The notes below the pieces were generated by a model. The model saw nothing but the letters and a program-made list of their open reading frames with translations, had not been told where the DNA came from and did no database searches. DNA of 60,927 bases, the filler included, from Hydrolagus affinis (Eukaryota): assembly GCA_012026655.1 (NCBI GenBank). It is 5 parts of 5 records of this genome, joined end to end, with 100 filler letters (N's around TTAATTAATTAA, not from the genome) between each part and the next. Parts side by side here need not be neighbours in the genome. Positions count along the whole stretch, not along the records: positions 40,073 to 50,785 come from JAAILG010024810.1; positions 50,886 to 60,927 come from JAAILG010026105.1; 3 more parts are not named here. One strand, given 5' to 3'. Numbering within the stretch: the first letter of the stretch is position 1; each line of letters starts with the position of its first letter. Positions 48,500-60,927 of the stretch are shown here, piece after piece. Made by a program: the position numbers and the translations under genes.

Positions 48500-50366
48500 G
48501 TTTCCAAGCGAACAAGTCATTCGATGGGAGCTTTTTGGGATGAGAGATTGTGTCCTGAATTGTGAATGAAAGCAGAGTGAGGAGCAGTGTGGACCACAGC
48601 ACTGATGGATACGCCTCTGTGCCAGATGACCACAGTTTCAACCCCCACCACCGGATTTGTGAAACCTAACTAGTCAGATGACGCTCCAATGCCTTGTGAC
48701 GTAGAAATAACAATGGAAATTTCTTTTTGTTTTTCTGATGCAATGCTACCAGTTTACTGTTATATTTAAAGTATATTTTTTCTACACTCCGTCATGCTTC
48801 ACCGAACCATCCCCCGTGCTCTTGTCTCTATCGAACTGTACATCGCCTTGGGACGTCCTCTCGACGTGTAAGTTTTAATTTATTGATTTACAAAACTGTG
48901 AATTCCTATAGATCATTGGTTAAACTAATCATATCACAAGCGAGACCCAAGGTAGTTTAATTGATTTGTTTGATGGAAATATTGTGGTAATAATGAATAG
49001 ATTCCTTGTGTTTGATAAAGCGCGTTTCGCATTTTTTCGACAGCACAAAAAGCGTTTCACACAATGTACTGTTAAGTGAATTGACTGTTTACTTGTGAGC
49101 GAAACGCGGCAGCCAATTGCGCACAACAGCGTCCCCCACAAACATTTGAGGATTAAAATGACCTATTTTATTGTTGTGTTTTTTCTTGGAGAGATTACTT
49201 TTATACATGTTGAGTAAGGAAACTTGATCAAGGTTTCGCCCTGAGCTGCCTGGATTCGAACACAGGTCTCAAATTTGCAATGTGCATGTTCTAACCACTG
49301 AGCTACAGGAGCTAAACAATTGAGTATGTGATTGAAAGGCAATAAAAAATACCAAGTGGCATAGAGATTGTATTTTGAAGAACCAAAGCTTGTGATAATC
49401 ATCTTACTGATAAAGCTTTGTACAATTGGGATCAAGCTGCAATAGTGTATGTGAGGGAAACAATGTCAACTATAACAGGAAACACCTGTGATAGCTGCCA
49501 ATGTCGTGTGTTTATGGCTCCACTTGTTGGTGGTTTGCAGCTACTGCAGATTTACAATGGAGACATTCGAACGCAAATTGTTTTAGGACCGTCTTGAATT
49601 GTCTCGTCCTTTCTCCTCCCGTGGAAGGATATAACTTCGTCTCGTTTCCCTGCTTGTTCCTCATGTATTCCTAGTTTTACTAGAAAACTGGACCGAATTT
49701 AATCAAGAATATCTTTCTGTGGCGTGTTCCTGCTCATACTTGCGCCCCCACAATCCCTTCCCCACCTTCCCATTTAAGTTAATTATTTGATGAATTGCTC
49801 TTACTTGTTTATATTATTTGACATCAAAGTGAGTTGACATTGGACATGCTACAGTACCAGAAACATAAATTTACATTTATAAAGCAATGTTCCAATTGGG
49901 AGAAGTTCCAAATGTATTATATTCATGAGTCAGAATATTTATTAGTATTATAAGATAATTAATTATTTTCATTGTTCGGTTTTAGATAAATAATGCAAAT
50001 TATGTACTCTCTTTGCCGATTCGCCAATGGTTATCGACATGAGTTTACTGTGCAGTTTGATTCCAGTCGTTCAATGACCCATTTATACATGTACTGTGTT
50101 AATCGCTGTTCCGCGCCTCGTAAGAAGAATATTCTGAATCTCATGTGTTGGACAGAAGACAGAACAGTGAAGCTCAATGCGTTTCCGAGTCAAAGTCTTG
50201 TTACAGCATTAGTAACAGCCAGTATTGGAGCGATGCATGTGTCTTCTCACTGTGAATAAACGTGGACTCTAAGCATTGCAAATTTTCGACTATATCCATC
50301 TGCCTTGTCACGCCACCTCCCCCCACCCCCACCAATTACCTCGCCTCACATTCACCCCAAAGGTTT

Positions 50367-50597
50367 ACTAAGCACAAATTGGGAGATTGATTTGCAGAGC
50401 ATCTTCACTCGGCTCGGAAGGTCAACCCTGATCTTCCCGTCTCCCACCATTTCAACATTCAGATGCAGGTTTTTCGATCCATGGACCCTACGATGTTCAA
50501 GTAACCCATAGCGGAAGCTTGAGGAACAGCACCTCATCTATCTACTGGGGACAATGCAGCCGTCTGGCCTCAACATTGAGTTCAGCCACTTCAGTAC
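50367..50597 (+). mobile_element. Penelope-like element GIY-YIG endonuclease C-terminal fragment
   Basis: TKHKLGD*FAEHLHSARKVNPDLPVSHHFN...RKLEEQHLIYLLGTMQPSGLNIEFSHF, recognised as the PLE endonuclease tail. Confidence 0.75.
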
Positions 50598-50785
50598 GTA
50601 AGAGTTTACCCGCCCAGCACCAACCCCCCCACCCACCCCCACACACACCCACTCGATCACAATCTGAACTCCAGACACCCTTTGAATCTTTTGTGTTTCG
50701 TTTGTTCTATCACGATTAACACCTCTTCTCCCCACTTTCGTTTAAACACACCCCCTTCTGTTTCTCCCCTTGGAGTCCTTAATAC

Positions 50786-50885
50786 NNNNNNNNNNNNNNN
50801 NNNNNNNNNNNNNNNNNNNNNNNNNNNNNTTAATTAATTAANNNNNNNNNNNNNNNNNNNNNNNNNNNNNNNNNNNNNNNNNNNN
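50786..50885. other. Assembly gap placeholder
   Basis: 44 N + linker + 44 N. Confidence 0.97.
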
Positions 50886-51764
50886 ACGCTTTAAATTCTA
50901 CGCAGCAGTGACACACAAATAGGTGTGAATTGAGTTACTTATTTAATAACAGAATATTTCCACTGGAAAGTAACCACTAATCGACTAATAACCAAATTCC
51001 TACTTGCTGGTAGCTCAACGGTTCTCAACCATGGGTACATATATCCCACGGGTTGGAACATAACTTCTAGAGGTTGCAGGTGGCGGAACATTGATTTATT
51101 TATCTCTCTTCTTTAGTGTTTTATAGATTTCCAAATTGTATATTTAATTGTTATTCCTCTCGTTTTTATTTGCTAGTTGTTGTGTTATATAAGAAAAGCT
51201 TCGTCATAAAATGCGAGAGGAATGTGTGGGCTGGTGTTGTGTGTGTATGTGGTCGTGTTGGGGTATAAGATAACGTTGAAAATTAACAGGGGCTACATTA
51301 CTGAAAAATGTTGTTGAACCACTGTGAGAGGCAAACCAAGGCGGGGATTTGGAGGAAAGAAACGTACCCAACATGTCGAGCTGTCTGGAATCAATCCCTG
51401 ACACCTCGATTGTGGGCCGAATGCTGACATCATTAATCTACAGGTTTCCACAGGCGGTATGCACACGTGTGGAACTCGTGCGTGTGCTGTGAACTAGTTT
51501 AAATAGGGATATGGGTGTCACTCGCTGCAAGTGTCAGTCACCCGGTTGATCAAAGACATGTCAGTGATGGCAGACAACCAAAGGAGGAGCGAGATGGCAG
51601 AGCAGAAATTACGACGCACATTGACAGAGACACAAAGGCTGTACATAAACCTCAGACCTGCACCCTCTATGTCATATAGTGCTCAGCTCTCCTCACGGTA
51701 TATTACCGCTTCCCGGCATACATTCTCCAACTAAATCATCAGCGCCCTTTACATATACACGGCA

Positions 51765-52606
51765 ATGTATATATATGTGGCAGCAGCCGTCATTGCCTTG
51801 TCAGGTAAGCCATACTCTCATTCTATATGTCAGCCAACTGCAATTATTATCCAGCCCGGTGTTTATTGCATAACATAATGAATACACAACAAGCCTTATA
51901 GAGTTGTCACAATCGAGAGTAACTGGGATCCATTCACGGCCGGGACAGGGCGAAGTATTAGGCATCTTTAGTCACTCATCACTCATTGCTGTGAATACTG
52001 AGAAGTAACTTGGAAAATGGTCCATTAGCCGATTACTTTATTGGGGGTTAATTATCTGTCACTATGTGATACTGCTAATGATAACACAGTTACTCAATCC
52101 ACGACTGCTTGTGGGACACTGTGTGTGCAAATTGCCACTACGTTTCGACCGCAAAGTAAACAGACAGTACGTGTTACACTATATTCAGTGTTGCAGTCGT
52201 TTAGTTAACACGAAGACACAATATACATTTTTGTCATATGCCTGCATTACTCTTGTTATTGGTGTTATTCTACTGAACGCTGACATGTGTTTCCAGGACA
52301 TTGTGGAGGAGACTCTGTGACGCAGCTCCAATCTACTGTGACAGTGAAGGAACGGGAGGATGTGTATCTGAGGTGTAATTATACAGCTACAGGCACAAGC
52401 TTTCCTTATCTGTTCTGGTACCGCCATTATCCAAACACATCTCCAGAATACATTCTTTCGACGTCCACTAGCAATAGACCACAATATGCCGACTTTACCA
52501 ACAAACGATTCTCAACGATAGTGGATAAAGTGGGAAGAACTGTCCCGTTAAATATAACCCAAGTGAGAGTTACAGACTCGGCAGTGTATTACTATGCACT
52601 GAGCCC
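51765..52606 (+). pseudogene. TCR V pseudogene J (RHYP family): second Cys to Tyr and defective heptamer
   Basis: Leader 51765-51804 MYIYVAAAVIALSG; V exon from 52297 ...SAVYYYALSP (TAT at 52593-52595); RSS AACAGAG (52607) + 23 + ACAAAAACT (52637-52645). Confidence 0.88.
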
Positions 52607-53164
52607 AACAGAGACTCAGGTCAGCGCTACCGCCCTACAAAAACTGCCAAGTGTAGTCCTGTAGCTCAGTGTTTAGAGCACTCATATCGCTAGCGATGAA
52701 CCTAGGTCCAATTCCATGGAGAACGAAACTTCGGTGAAGTTTTCTTAAACTGCACCATGTCTACTCAGCAGTCAGTTCGAGCCCGTTTATTATTTGATTA
52801 CTGCATTGCTTTTCCATTGGTATTAATTACTTCAAAATATATGATATGGCGCTGAATCGAATGCGAGGATTAATATGTGTATAAAACATAATCATGTTAT
52901 TGTCACTGACATAACTTCAAAGGCCCTGCTTTCTTGGGCTGTTCGATGGACACGTCAGTGAATAAACAGCATTCACAATGCTTTGCTTGGCAACTATGGA
53001 TTAGAGGATACAACAGATCTGGATGTGCAGTTACAACAGGTTCAATCAATGGTTCGAAAAAGAGCACACGATGAAGACATGATTTTGTTTGTCCTTGGTG
53101 CAATAAGAATCGAGGACAACGTTTATTATTGATGCAACAAAAATAAAAACGCTGATTATTTGTC

Positions 53165-53690
53165 ACTTCTCATCCAATTTTCGAATTCAAAATCCTCGTC
53201 CACAACTTCAAGGCCATTCACGGCCTTTCCACGCCCGCGATCCACCCCCTCGCCAGCTCTACCCCCTCAACCTCCGAACTGTTGTCCTCCTATGAACCTC
53301 GACGACCACTCCGTTCAGCGGGCTCCGATCTGCTCTATGAACTCCGCCTGACCCGAGCTATCATCTGTGGACTCACATTCTTTCGCTGCAATCTGGAACT
53401 CCATCCCACAGTCCCTAGGCTTGGCTACCTCGCTAGCCACTTTGAAGACCATTCTCAAGTCCCTCCTCTTCGACCGTGCCATCTGTCCCCCCGACTCTTC
53501 CCATTCGTTCCCAACACTCGCCCTACAGTCTTACCTCTCTCACGACCCTCCCCACTACCCTGCCCTCTCCATTGCTCAATTCCCGAGCAGACTGGTCAGC
53601 GACTTCAGACGTCCATCCGACGTAAACAACAGCAACAAAATTGTTCTTACATAGCGCCTGTCACGTCGGGAGGACGTCGCAAATGTGATT
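53165..53690 (+). mobile_element. L2-type LINE 3' fragment
   Basis: SSYEPRRPLRSAGSDLL...AIWNSIPQSL..ATSLATLKTILKSLLFD remnant plus tail. Confidence 0.75.
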
Positions 53691-54880
53691 CTATCGTTGA
53701 TGTAGTAGTAAATACACTGCATTGTGACATTATCACAAAATGAATGGTGCCACACACATGTAACTATTGTGCTGCTGTCATGTAAACGGTGAATGGCAGC
53801 TCAAGATGAAGCAAAATATTATCAACGATTACAGGATCAGAGCAAGGAATAGAATTAAAGTAGAGAAACAATGATCAGGGATATGACACAGTAAGAGACT
53901 GTGAATGAGAATGAATTCGAGTGTCCCATTAAAGCACCGACAATACGAGGATAAAGCAAGTAAATGGGACAAAGGTATCAATTTCCAGTGGAGAAAATGG
54001 GACCAGGAACGATAAGAAGCGCCCCCCAAAAAACACTTGCTTTCAAATTATGCTCGTGCACTAGCTACAGTCCACCAGCAGATGGCAGACAAAACACACT
54101 TATAACATCATCTGCAATTGACATATCTTGCCATGTTCCATTCTGTGTCAATCTACCTTGACAGCTATAACAGGTGCTTCCTGTTACAATCCACATTGGT
54201 TACAGCCTATGTACTATTGCTGCTTCTGCTGAAATGTTCAAAGGTTTGTCTAAACCGTAACCATGACAATCGCAAGGATTAGTTTGCTCGAAAAGTAATG
54301 GGGATGTCATATATTCATGTTATTATCTTTCTCCAACATAAGCATCCGCATTCCAGCGGATCTCACTGTATTAACAATTGCATTAGATTTTGTTAACTAC
54401 AGTAAGGTAGTTTGTTTTAGTGTAGATTGGGAACACGATAAAACTGAAAACAATTAATTAAACTTAGGTACAGAAGAATTATATTGTTTAAATGCTTCAA
54501 TGCGTACAATTAATTACATAGATGACTGGACAGCAATATTAATAATAATGGTAGTAATTATACTATCAATAATAATGATGATTTTAGTGTTGCTTGCTGA
54601 TGTTGCTCTTTGATGTAGAACATTTTGTATATGGGGAATATTATCCCCAGCAAAGTGAACCACCAATGGACTAAGCTGCGGTTTCCTCCTTATTCTCAGC
54701 TAAATTTAGTTGTGTGTGGATGGAATAAGTAAATTTGCCCGAAATATCGCCTGATTGGGAATCAATTAGGGTGGGAGAAACATATGTCACGTTTGCTAAC
54801 TTCACACACATGCAAACCTCCGCTAACCAGCAGCAAGTGGCTAGCCAATTAGCGAATGAATTCTGCAGAAGCAAACATAC

Positions 54881-54926
54881 AGGAAGTGAGATTAGCGTGA
54901 AGGCGTCACCGAGAATCTACTTATAA
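54881..54926 (+). promoter_or_regulatory. Compact-family V promoter (Ets GGAAGT, CRE half-site CGTCA, TATA-like TTATAA)
   Basis: Same order and spacing upstream of V-E (36565-36610) and V-M (58924-58969). Confidence 0.6.
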
Positions 54927-55037
54927 TCTGCATAGTTAACTGCGTTCCACAAACATTTGTAAACATTTATCAGCCTGTAGCTGATTTCCCGCTGTACATC
55001 AATCAGACATTTTGACGTGAATCGAAGAGACTTGAGA

Positions 55038-55481
55038 ATGAAGCAGGATTTCAATGCACCATATATTATTTTTTATTTAATTGCAACAATCTTGTGTAAG
55101 TAGAGTATCAGATTGGACACACGCATCCTGGTTTTCCTGGTTCATATTTAAAAATTTTATTGCAAACATTTTATGAAATACTATCCAAGAATATTCTATG
55201 TCCCCAGGTGTCTTGGCTGAAAGCGAAGTGTCTCAGAGACCTCAGGCTCTGACAGAGAACGAAAATGGGAACGTAATTATGGAGTGCAGCAGCACAGTGT
55301 CCAGCCCAACGTTTCACTGGTACAAACAGCATGGAAACGGCTCCATCACTTACTTGGTGTTGGGAACGAGAGAGATGAAGGAGAAGGAGAGGATAAATGC
55401 TTTGACTGTTGGAAAAAACAGCACGTTAACGATCCGAGACTTGCGAGTGTCTGACTCCGCCACTTCCTTCTGTGCGGAGAG
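55038..55481 (+). CDS. TCR V segment K (compact family), open frame, Tyr of the YxC motif replaced by Ser
   Basis: Leader 55038-55095 MKQDFNAPYIIFYLIATILC; V exon from 55208 VLAESEVSQRPQ...MEC...HWYKQH...SATSFCAES; RSS CACAGAG (55482) + 23 + ACAAAAACA (55512-55520). Confidence 0.88.
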
Positions 55482-56575
55482 CACAGAGTTGTGTGTTTAA
55501 GAAGTACCTGTACAAAAACATGCTGAGGTTACCGCAGCTCAATTGGTAGAGCACTAGGGTTGCCACATAGAGGAAGTGGGTTGCTACATTTGTACAGTAG
55601 CGCATACAGTCAATTCACTTCTCAGTACAACCTGTGGCGGAATGAAGTCGGGATGGAATTCCAGACGTTGGGGGCACAGTGGTTGAAGGCTCTCCAGTCA
55701 TTGGTTGGGCCGGTCGGTCGGGGGACGTAGAGCAGGTCAGATCCAGCCGAACGAAGGGGGCGGGCAGGTTGGTAAGGAGATAGGAGGGATAGGAAGACAC
55801 GAATGTAGGGTGGTGCGAGATTATTGAGTGCTTTAGATGCGAGGACCGGGATCAACACACATAAAGGAATTATCTAACCCTATACACACACTGTGCGAGT
55901 TCCTCTGAGCACCTCCTCCTACCTATTAAATATATATGAATCACTTCACACTGTAAAATGTACTTACTTTTCGTTTTGCAGGAGAAACGAGGCATTCAGT
56001 TCTGCACAGCATTGTCCTATAAATAGACATGGGTTGAGTTCCCTATGTTAGGAGTGATTGTTTCCCTGGAAAGTTGCTCTTTAGTCGATTAACTACCATA
56101 TTCCTACTTACTCTCGGTGAACCGAGGTAGGTGTGCGGAGTACGTAAACTTGAACAACATGTTGCCCTGGCAGGCATCAAACGCAGGCAATGTGCTTGCA
56201 AACCGAGTGTTGGTACCATTAAACTACATGAGTCCACAGATGGTACAGATGTGTTGAAGTCATGTATGTGTTTGGACGACATGTAATGCATCTATCGATC
56301 TATCTTGCTGCAGGCATCTGCCATCCAGTTGATCAAAGGCATGTCAGTGTTGCAGGAGAACCAATGGAGGAGCGAGATGGCAGAGCAGTGAAGGTGACGC
56401 ACAATGACAGAGACAAAAAGGTTTACATAAACCTCTGACCTGCTCACTCACAGTGTATGGCAACCTGTTATTTCATTGTCTGTTCAGTCCTCCTAACGGT
56501 ATCTTACTGCTTCCCAGCCAACTTTCTTCCACTAATCCACCAGCGCTCTCTCAAAACACGACGCCATTAACACAG

Positions 56576-57430
56576 ATGACAATGTACATATATGTGGCAG
56601 CCGCCATCAGTACCTTCTCAGGTAAGCCAAAAAACAACTCCATATGGATGCAATTTCTTTACATGTTCTCCAAAGCCAATGTTTTATTGCATGGAATAAC
56701 CAATACACTATACCACTTGTGGATACGTGGTGTCCTGTGGCTAGTGGTTAGAACACTCGCCTCGCATGCTGAAGGATCTGATTTCGATTCCCGGTGGGAC
56801 AGTGCGAAACTGCAAGTGTACGTTTTCCACAGACCCACATATATATCTGCTTACCGAACAGTGAGTAGCTACCCGATTATTTAATCGATTGGCAGATCAC
56901 ATTGCTACTCTATTGATCTCTTGAAAAATGCAGGTACAGATGAAAATATAATCAATTCACTTCAAAGTGTATACTGGGAAACACTTTGAGACGTTTCCAA
57001 GACGTGAAGAGCGCAATATCAAATGCAAGGATTAGTATTATTATTCCATGACCGTTTGTGCTGGAATGATGCACTCAAATGGCTGCCGCTTTCACCCACA
57101 AAATTGAGTCAATGTGTAGTCTTTGAAACGCATGGAGTTGCAACAATCACTCTATACGATGCTATATCAAACACAAGTGTGTTTATGTCATTTTTGCAAT
57201 CGATGCTGATGTGTTTGTGTTTCCAAGGACATTGTGGAGGAGACTCGGTGACACAGCTCCCAGCGACTGTGACAGTGAATGAAAGGGGAGAGTGTGTATC
57301 TGCAGTGTAATTATACAGCTACAATCAGCGACAATCCATATTTGTTTTGGTATCTACAATACCCCAACAACCCACCAGAGTATACCCTCAGCACATCAAC
57401 CAGGAAGAAGCCGAAATACGCAGACTTTAC
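56576..57430 (+). pseudogene. TCR V pseudogene L (RHYP family): frameshift and 3' truncation
   Basis: Leader 56576-56621 MTMYIYVAAAISTFSG; V exon from 57228; +1 A near 57284; homology ends after KPKYADFT; no second Cys or RSS found. Confidence 0.85.
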
Positions 57431-59080
57431 GTCTGCGTATTTCGTTGGAGGTGTTTCACTGTATTCACTCCTTGTCTTCACAAAACAATAACTGGCCAGT
57501 GGCTGAATGCGGTATTACAGCTCCAAGTTTATTCAATTCAGATATTATTAATTTTTCAAGAACAAAACGCAAACATTATGGGTTTCTTCATCACCGATTA
57601 CGTAGGATCACGTTTTGATTTTCTCCTCAGTGTTCTATTGTAATGGTTCAATGCATCTTCATTAGTTATCACGTGTTTATCTAATTAATCATTCCCAAAT
57701 TGAATCCCAGGACATTACTTGTATTCATTATAACAAAATTGATGAATTGGTCACTTCCATCCCAGAACCTTTGTGGTGATCTGCTGTGTACAATTCTCTG
57801 ACAGATTTCACCACAAATGTACGGTTAATTCACTTTATAGTAAATTACGTGAGCTTCCCACAAGATATCTGGAGAACGTGGAAACAGTTATATGAAATGC
57901 AATGATAATTATTATTCCTTTGCGCCTCAGGTCAGTTTAATACTGTAACATTTTAGTGAGACTTAAAGCCGAGAACCGAATACCCTTTTTGTTCATCTCC
58001 CCTGATGCTTTTGTGCAGTTATTGTTTGTTCAATTAACGATAACAATTCTGCAGTACTGCATTACTACCGCCAGATGGTGGCGATGCGCTGTGCAACTGC
58101 CCACAAGTGAAATCCCTTGTTCTCCTTGAGCTGAGAAGAGAACGTTTGACCAGACCTGATCTGCAGCTTGGTAGCACATAGTCAGAATCCTTCATAACTC
58201 CCAACCAACCCGCGTCCAACACTCGCAAAACACCTGCGACATTCTAAGGTCTGATTTCTGATCAAGATCTATCAGTTATACATTTATTTGTGGAGTACGG
58301 GATTGCGCGGTTATGGGGAGAGAACAGGTGAGAGGGATTGAATTGCTCTTTTCAAAAAGCCGGCACCCACTCAATGGGCCGAATGGCCTCCTTGTTGTGT
58401 TCAAATTAACGATAATAATTTGCAGTACCACGTGAATACCGCCAGATGGCGGCGAAACACTTTGTAACTTCTCACTATGTTCAGAGTAAAATCCCTTGTC
58501 CTCATCTAGCCTAGAAGAACCTGTATGAGCAGAGTTGATCTGTAGGTTGGTAAAACAGTGTCAGAATTCTTCACAGTGGTTCCCACTGCTGATAACAACA
58601 CAGCCCGGTCTGGCTCATCGCCAGGACTTATGCAGAGGAGATCAGCCCAAATCTTGGAAACCTCACAATTCCTCCAGTGCAGTTTTCCAGATTTCTATTG
58701 ACCTCCAGTCTGTTGCCCTGCTTGCTTGGAATCAATCAAGGAGATGTCCTTTACTTTAATGGTTGGAACGCTTCCCTCTTAAGACGACGTGTGTCACCTA
58801 TCGAGCTGGGAGGACCATTGGGTGTGTTTTCGTCATCCACAAACATGACTCTGTTTTACCAGCTGTAAGTGTGAACCCTTATGTTAGTCGATTAGAGAAT
58901 GAATGTAGCACAAGCCATTATACCGGAAGTGAGATGTCAGTGAAGCCGTCACCCAGAATATCAGTATAACCTGCACAGCTAAAAGCATTCGACAATCATT
59001 CATAAACGCTTGTCAGGCTTTGGATGATTTCCCGTTGCAGTTCCCTGACAGATTTTGACTAGACTCAGCGAGGAGTAAGA

Positions 59081-59524
59081 ATGAAGCCATGTCGCACCGT
59101 AACGCATATTATTCTTAATTTAAAGATTCTGATCTTCTGTAAGTATAGCCCCAGTTTGGACAAACATATTCTTGTTTTCCTACTAAATTAATTTTTCTTG
59201 CAGATTTTTTCCAACTTTCTTTGCTTGAATGTTCATGTCTGTTCCCCCAGATGCGTTGGCTGAAAACGAAGTGACACAGACATCACTGTCCATGACGGAG
59301 ACTGAAAATGGAAATGCATCTATAGAGTGTATCACCACTGTATCAAACCCAATCTTTCAATGGTACAAGCAGTATAGAATCGGATCCATCCAATTACTAG
59401 TGTTGGGATCAAGAGAGATGAAGCCGAAGGAGAGGATAAATGCTTTGACTGTTGGAAAAAATAGCACGTTATCGATCCGAGACGTGAGAGTGTCTGAATC
59501 TGCCACGTACTTCTGTGCGGAGAG
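59081..59524 (+). CDS. TCR V segment M, intact (compact family)
   Basis: Leader 59081-59138 MKPCRTVTHIILNLKILIF|GTAAGT; V exon from 59251 ALAENEVTQ...IEC...QWYKQY...ATYFCAES; RSS CACAGTG (59525) + 23 + ACAAAAACA (59555-59563). Confidence 0.92.
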
Positions 59525-60149
59525 CACAGTGATGTGTGTTTACAAAGGGCCTGTACAAAAACATGCTGCGGTTACTGCAGCTCAATGGTTAGAGCACCTG
59601 CTTTGCAAACAAGAAAACCTGAGCTGGAATCGCCGCAGGGTGAAGCACTCAGCAAACAGCCTTGCTCCACACACATCAATTTACATTGAAATATGGAGGA
59701 ACCAGTTTTTTGATCGATTGACCGAATCGCTTTCCTGGGGATGAGAATTCCTTTGACAAAATTGTTCCTCTCCAACCCAAACCACGTGTGGGACGCTGAT
59801 GTGCGGAATTGGCTGCCGCATGTAGCGGCAAATAACAATTTTAAAGTTTTGTGTGAAATTACCTTTAACTCTTCTACATTCCTGAGAAACTAAAATTATA
59901 GCCTTACTCCAGGTTCCCTTGATCGAGTGATCACGAGTGTCCCTGGGTTGAGCTGGTGTCCAACTCACTTCTGTGGGAGGAGCTTTGACTGCGAGTGGCA
60001 GTGACTCCGTGGGCGGGGCTCTGTGTGGGCGAGGCTCTTTGTCAATTTGGGCGTGTTTTCATGTGGGTGGGGCAGTGAGTGAGTGTCTCTACATTTCATC
60101 CTCGTTCACTATATAAACAGCCACACGTTGGAGAGCTAATGTCACACAC

Positions 60150-60927
60150 ATGACTAAAATGCTCCAGTGGGCGAAGTGTGCTGTGCTCTCAGTAACTCTC
60201 ACTTTACTTTCTCGTATGTAACCTTCTTATACCTTTACAATTTCCCATAATATCTGCTAAAGGCTTCAGTAGAGCAAAACTAATAATAATATTAATGATA
60301 GTTGGGATTCTCTGAAGTGCTTCTTCACAAATTTGAGACGTCTCAACGCGCTCCACAATATACTGTAAAGCGAATTGACAATGTATTCTCTGGGTGCAAC
60401 GTGACAGCCAATTTCGCTCAACAGTCCCGACAAGAACCTTCACGGATTCAGTGACGAAATTAGTATTATTTTTATTGATTTAAATTTATGAATGATTCGC
60501 ACCAGAGTAGCAATACGCGAATTGACTAAAACCTGGATTTCTAGTTACCAGTAGGATCACAGAGGCATGTGGAGTAAAGAATTTTAGCTGTGGTATTGCA
60601 CTGCCCAGGAATCGAATCTGGCTCTACTCTGTTATGTGGCTAGTGTTCCAACCGTCGAGCAGCAGGATCCAAACTTGCTTCTCAATAACCTTGTCGATTT
60701 CAATCACAGGAAGCAGCCTGCAGTACATGGAGAAACAATCGATAACTGAAATATTCATTCTAGAGGCACAAGATGTGAAATTGTCCTGCAGCTTCAAGAA
60801 AATCAGTGATGCGTATGGTCTCTTCTGGTACAGACAAGCTTCCAGCCACGCTCCTGTGTATGTATTTCGGGGGACAGCGAATAACGTTCACAGGAACCCT
60901 GACTTCCCAGCTCGATTTTCCTCCACT
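60150..60927 (+). CDS. TCR V segment N (paralog of V-A), runs off the window end
   Basis: TATATAAA near 60110; leader 60150/60159-60213 (MTK)MLQWAKCAVLSVTLTLLS|GTATGT; minus-strand SINE in the intron (about 60270-60669); V exon from 60710 SSLQYMEKQSITE...KLSC...LFWYRQ. Confidence 0.87.

Overview
Vertebrate antigen-receptor region from a cartilaginous fish. A holocephalan such as the elephant shark is likely; this is inferred from shark-type SINE/LINE repeats and the IgH cluster type. There are three blocks. (1) 1-6.4 kb, minus strand: one cluster-type IgH gene (leader-VH-D-J-first C exon). Its VH carries camelid-VHH-like FR2 substitutions and a 1-nt frameshift. It has a single D, a J with a 12-bp-spacer RSS (TCR-delta-like V23/12D22/12J layout), and a first C exon that does not look like CH1. 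(2) 12.9-26.2 kb, plus strand: a CD101/IGSF3-like EWI-family gene with seven intact single-exon V-type Ig domains; its signal exon is uncertain and its 3' end is not visible before an assembly gap. (3) 27-61 kb: 14 TCR alpha/delta-type V segments from about 6-7 families, with 23-RSS wherever the 3' end is present. About half are damaged, and three are inverted and face the IgH D/J. The intervening DNA is dense with tRNA-derived SINEs, L2/CR1 fragments and hAT MITEs. Four 100-bp N placeholders with a TTAATTAATTAA linker interrupt the window, so adjacency and orientation across them are scaffold-level only. All coordinates and translations were read by hand.
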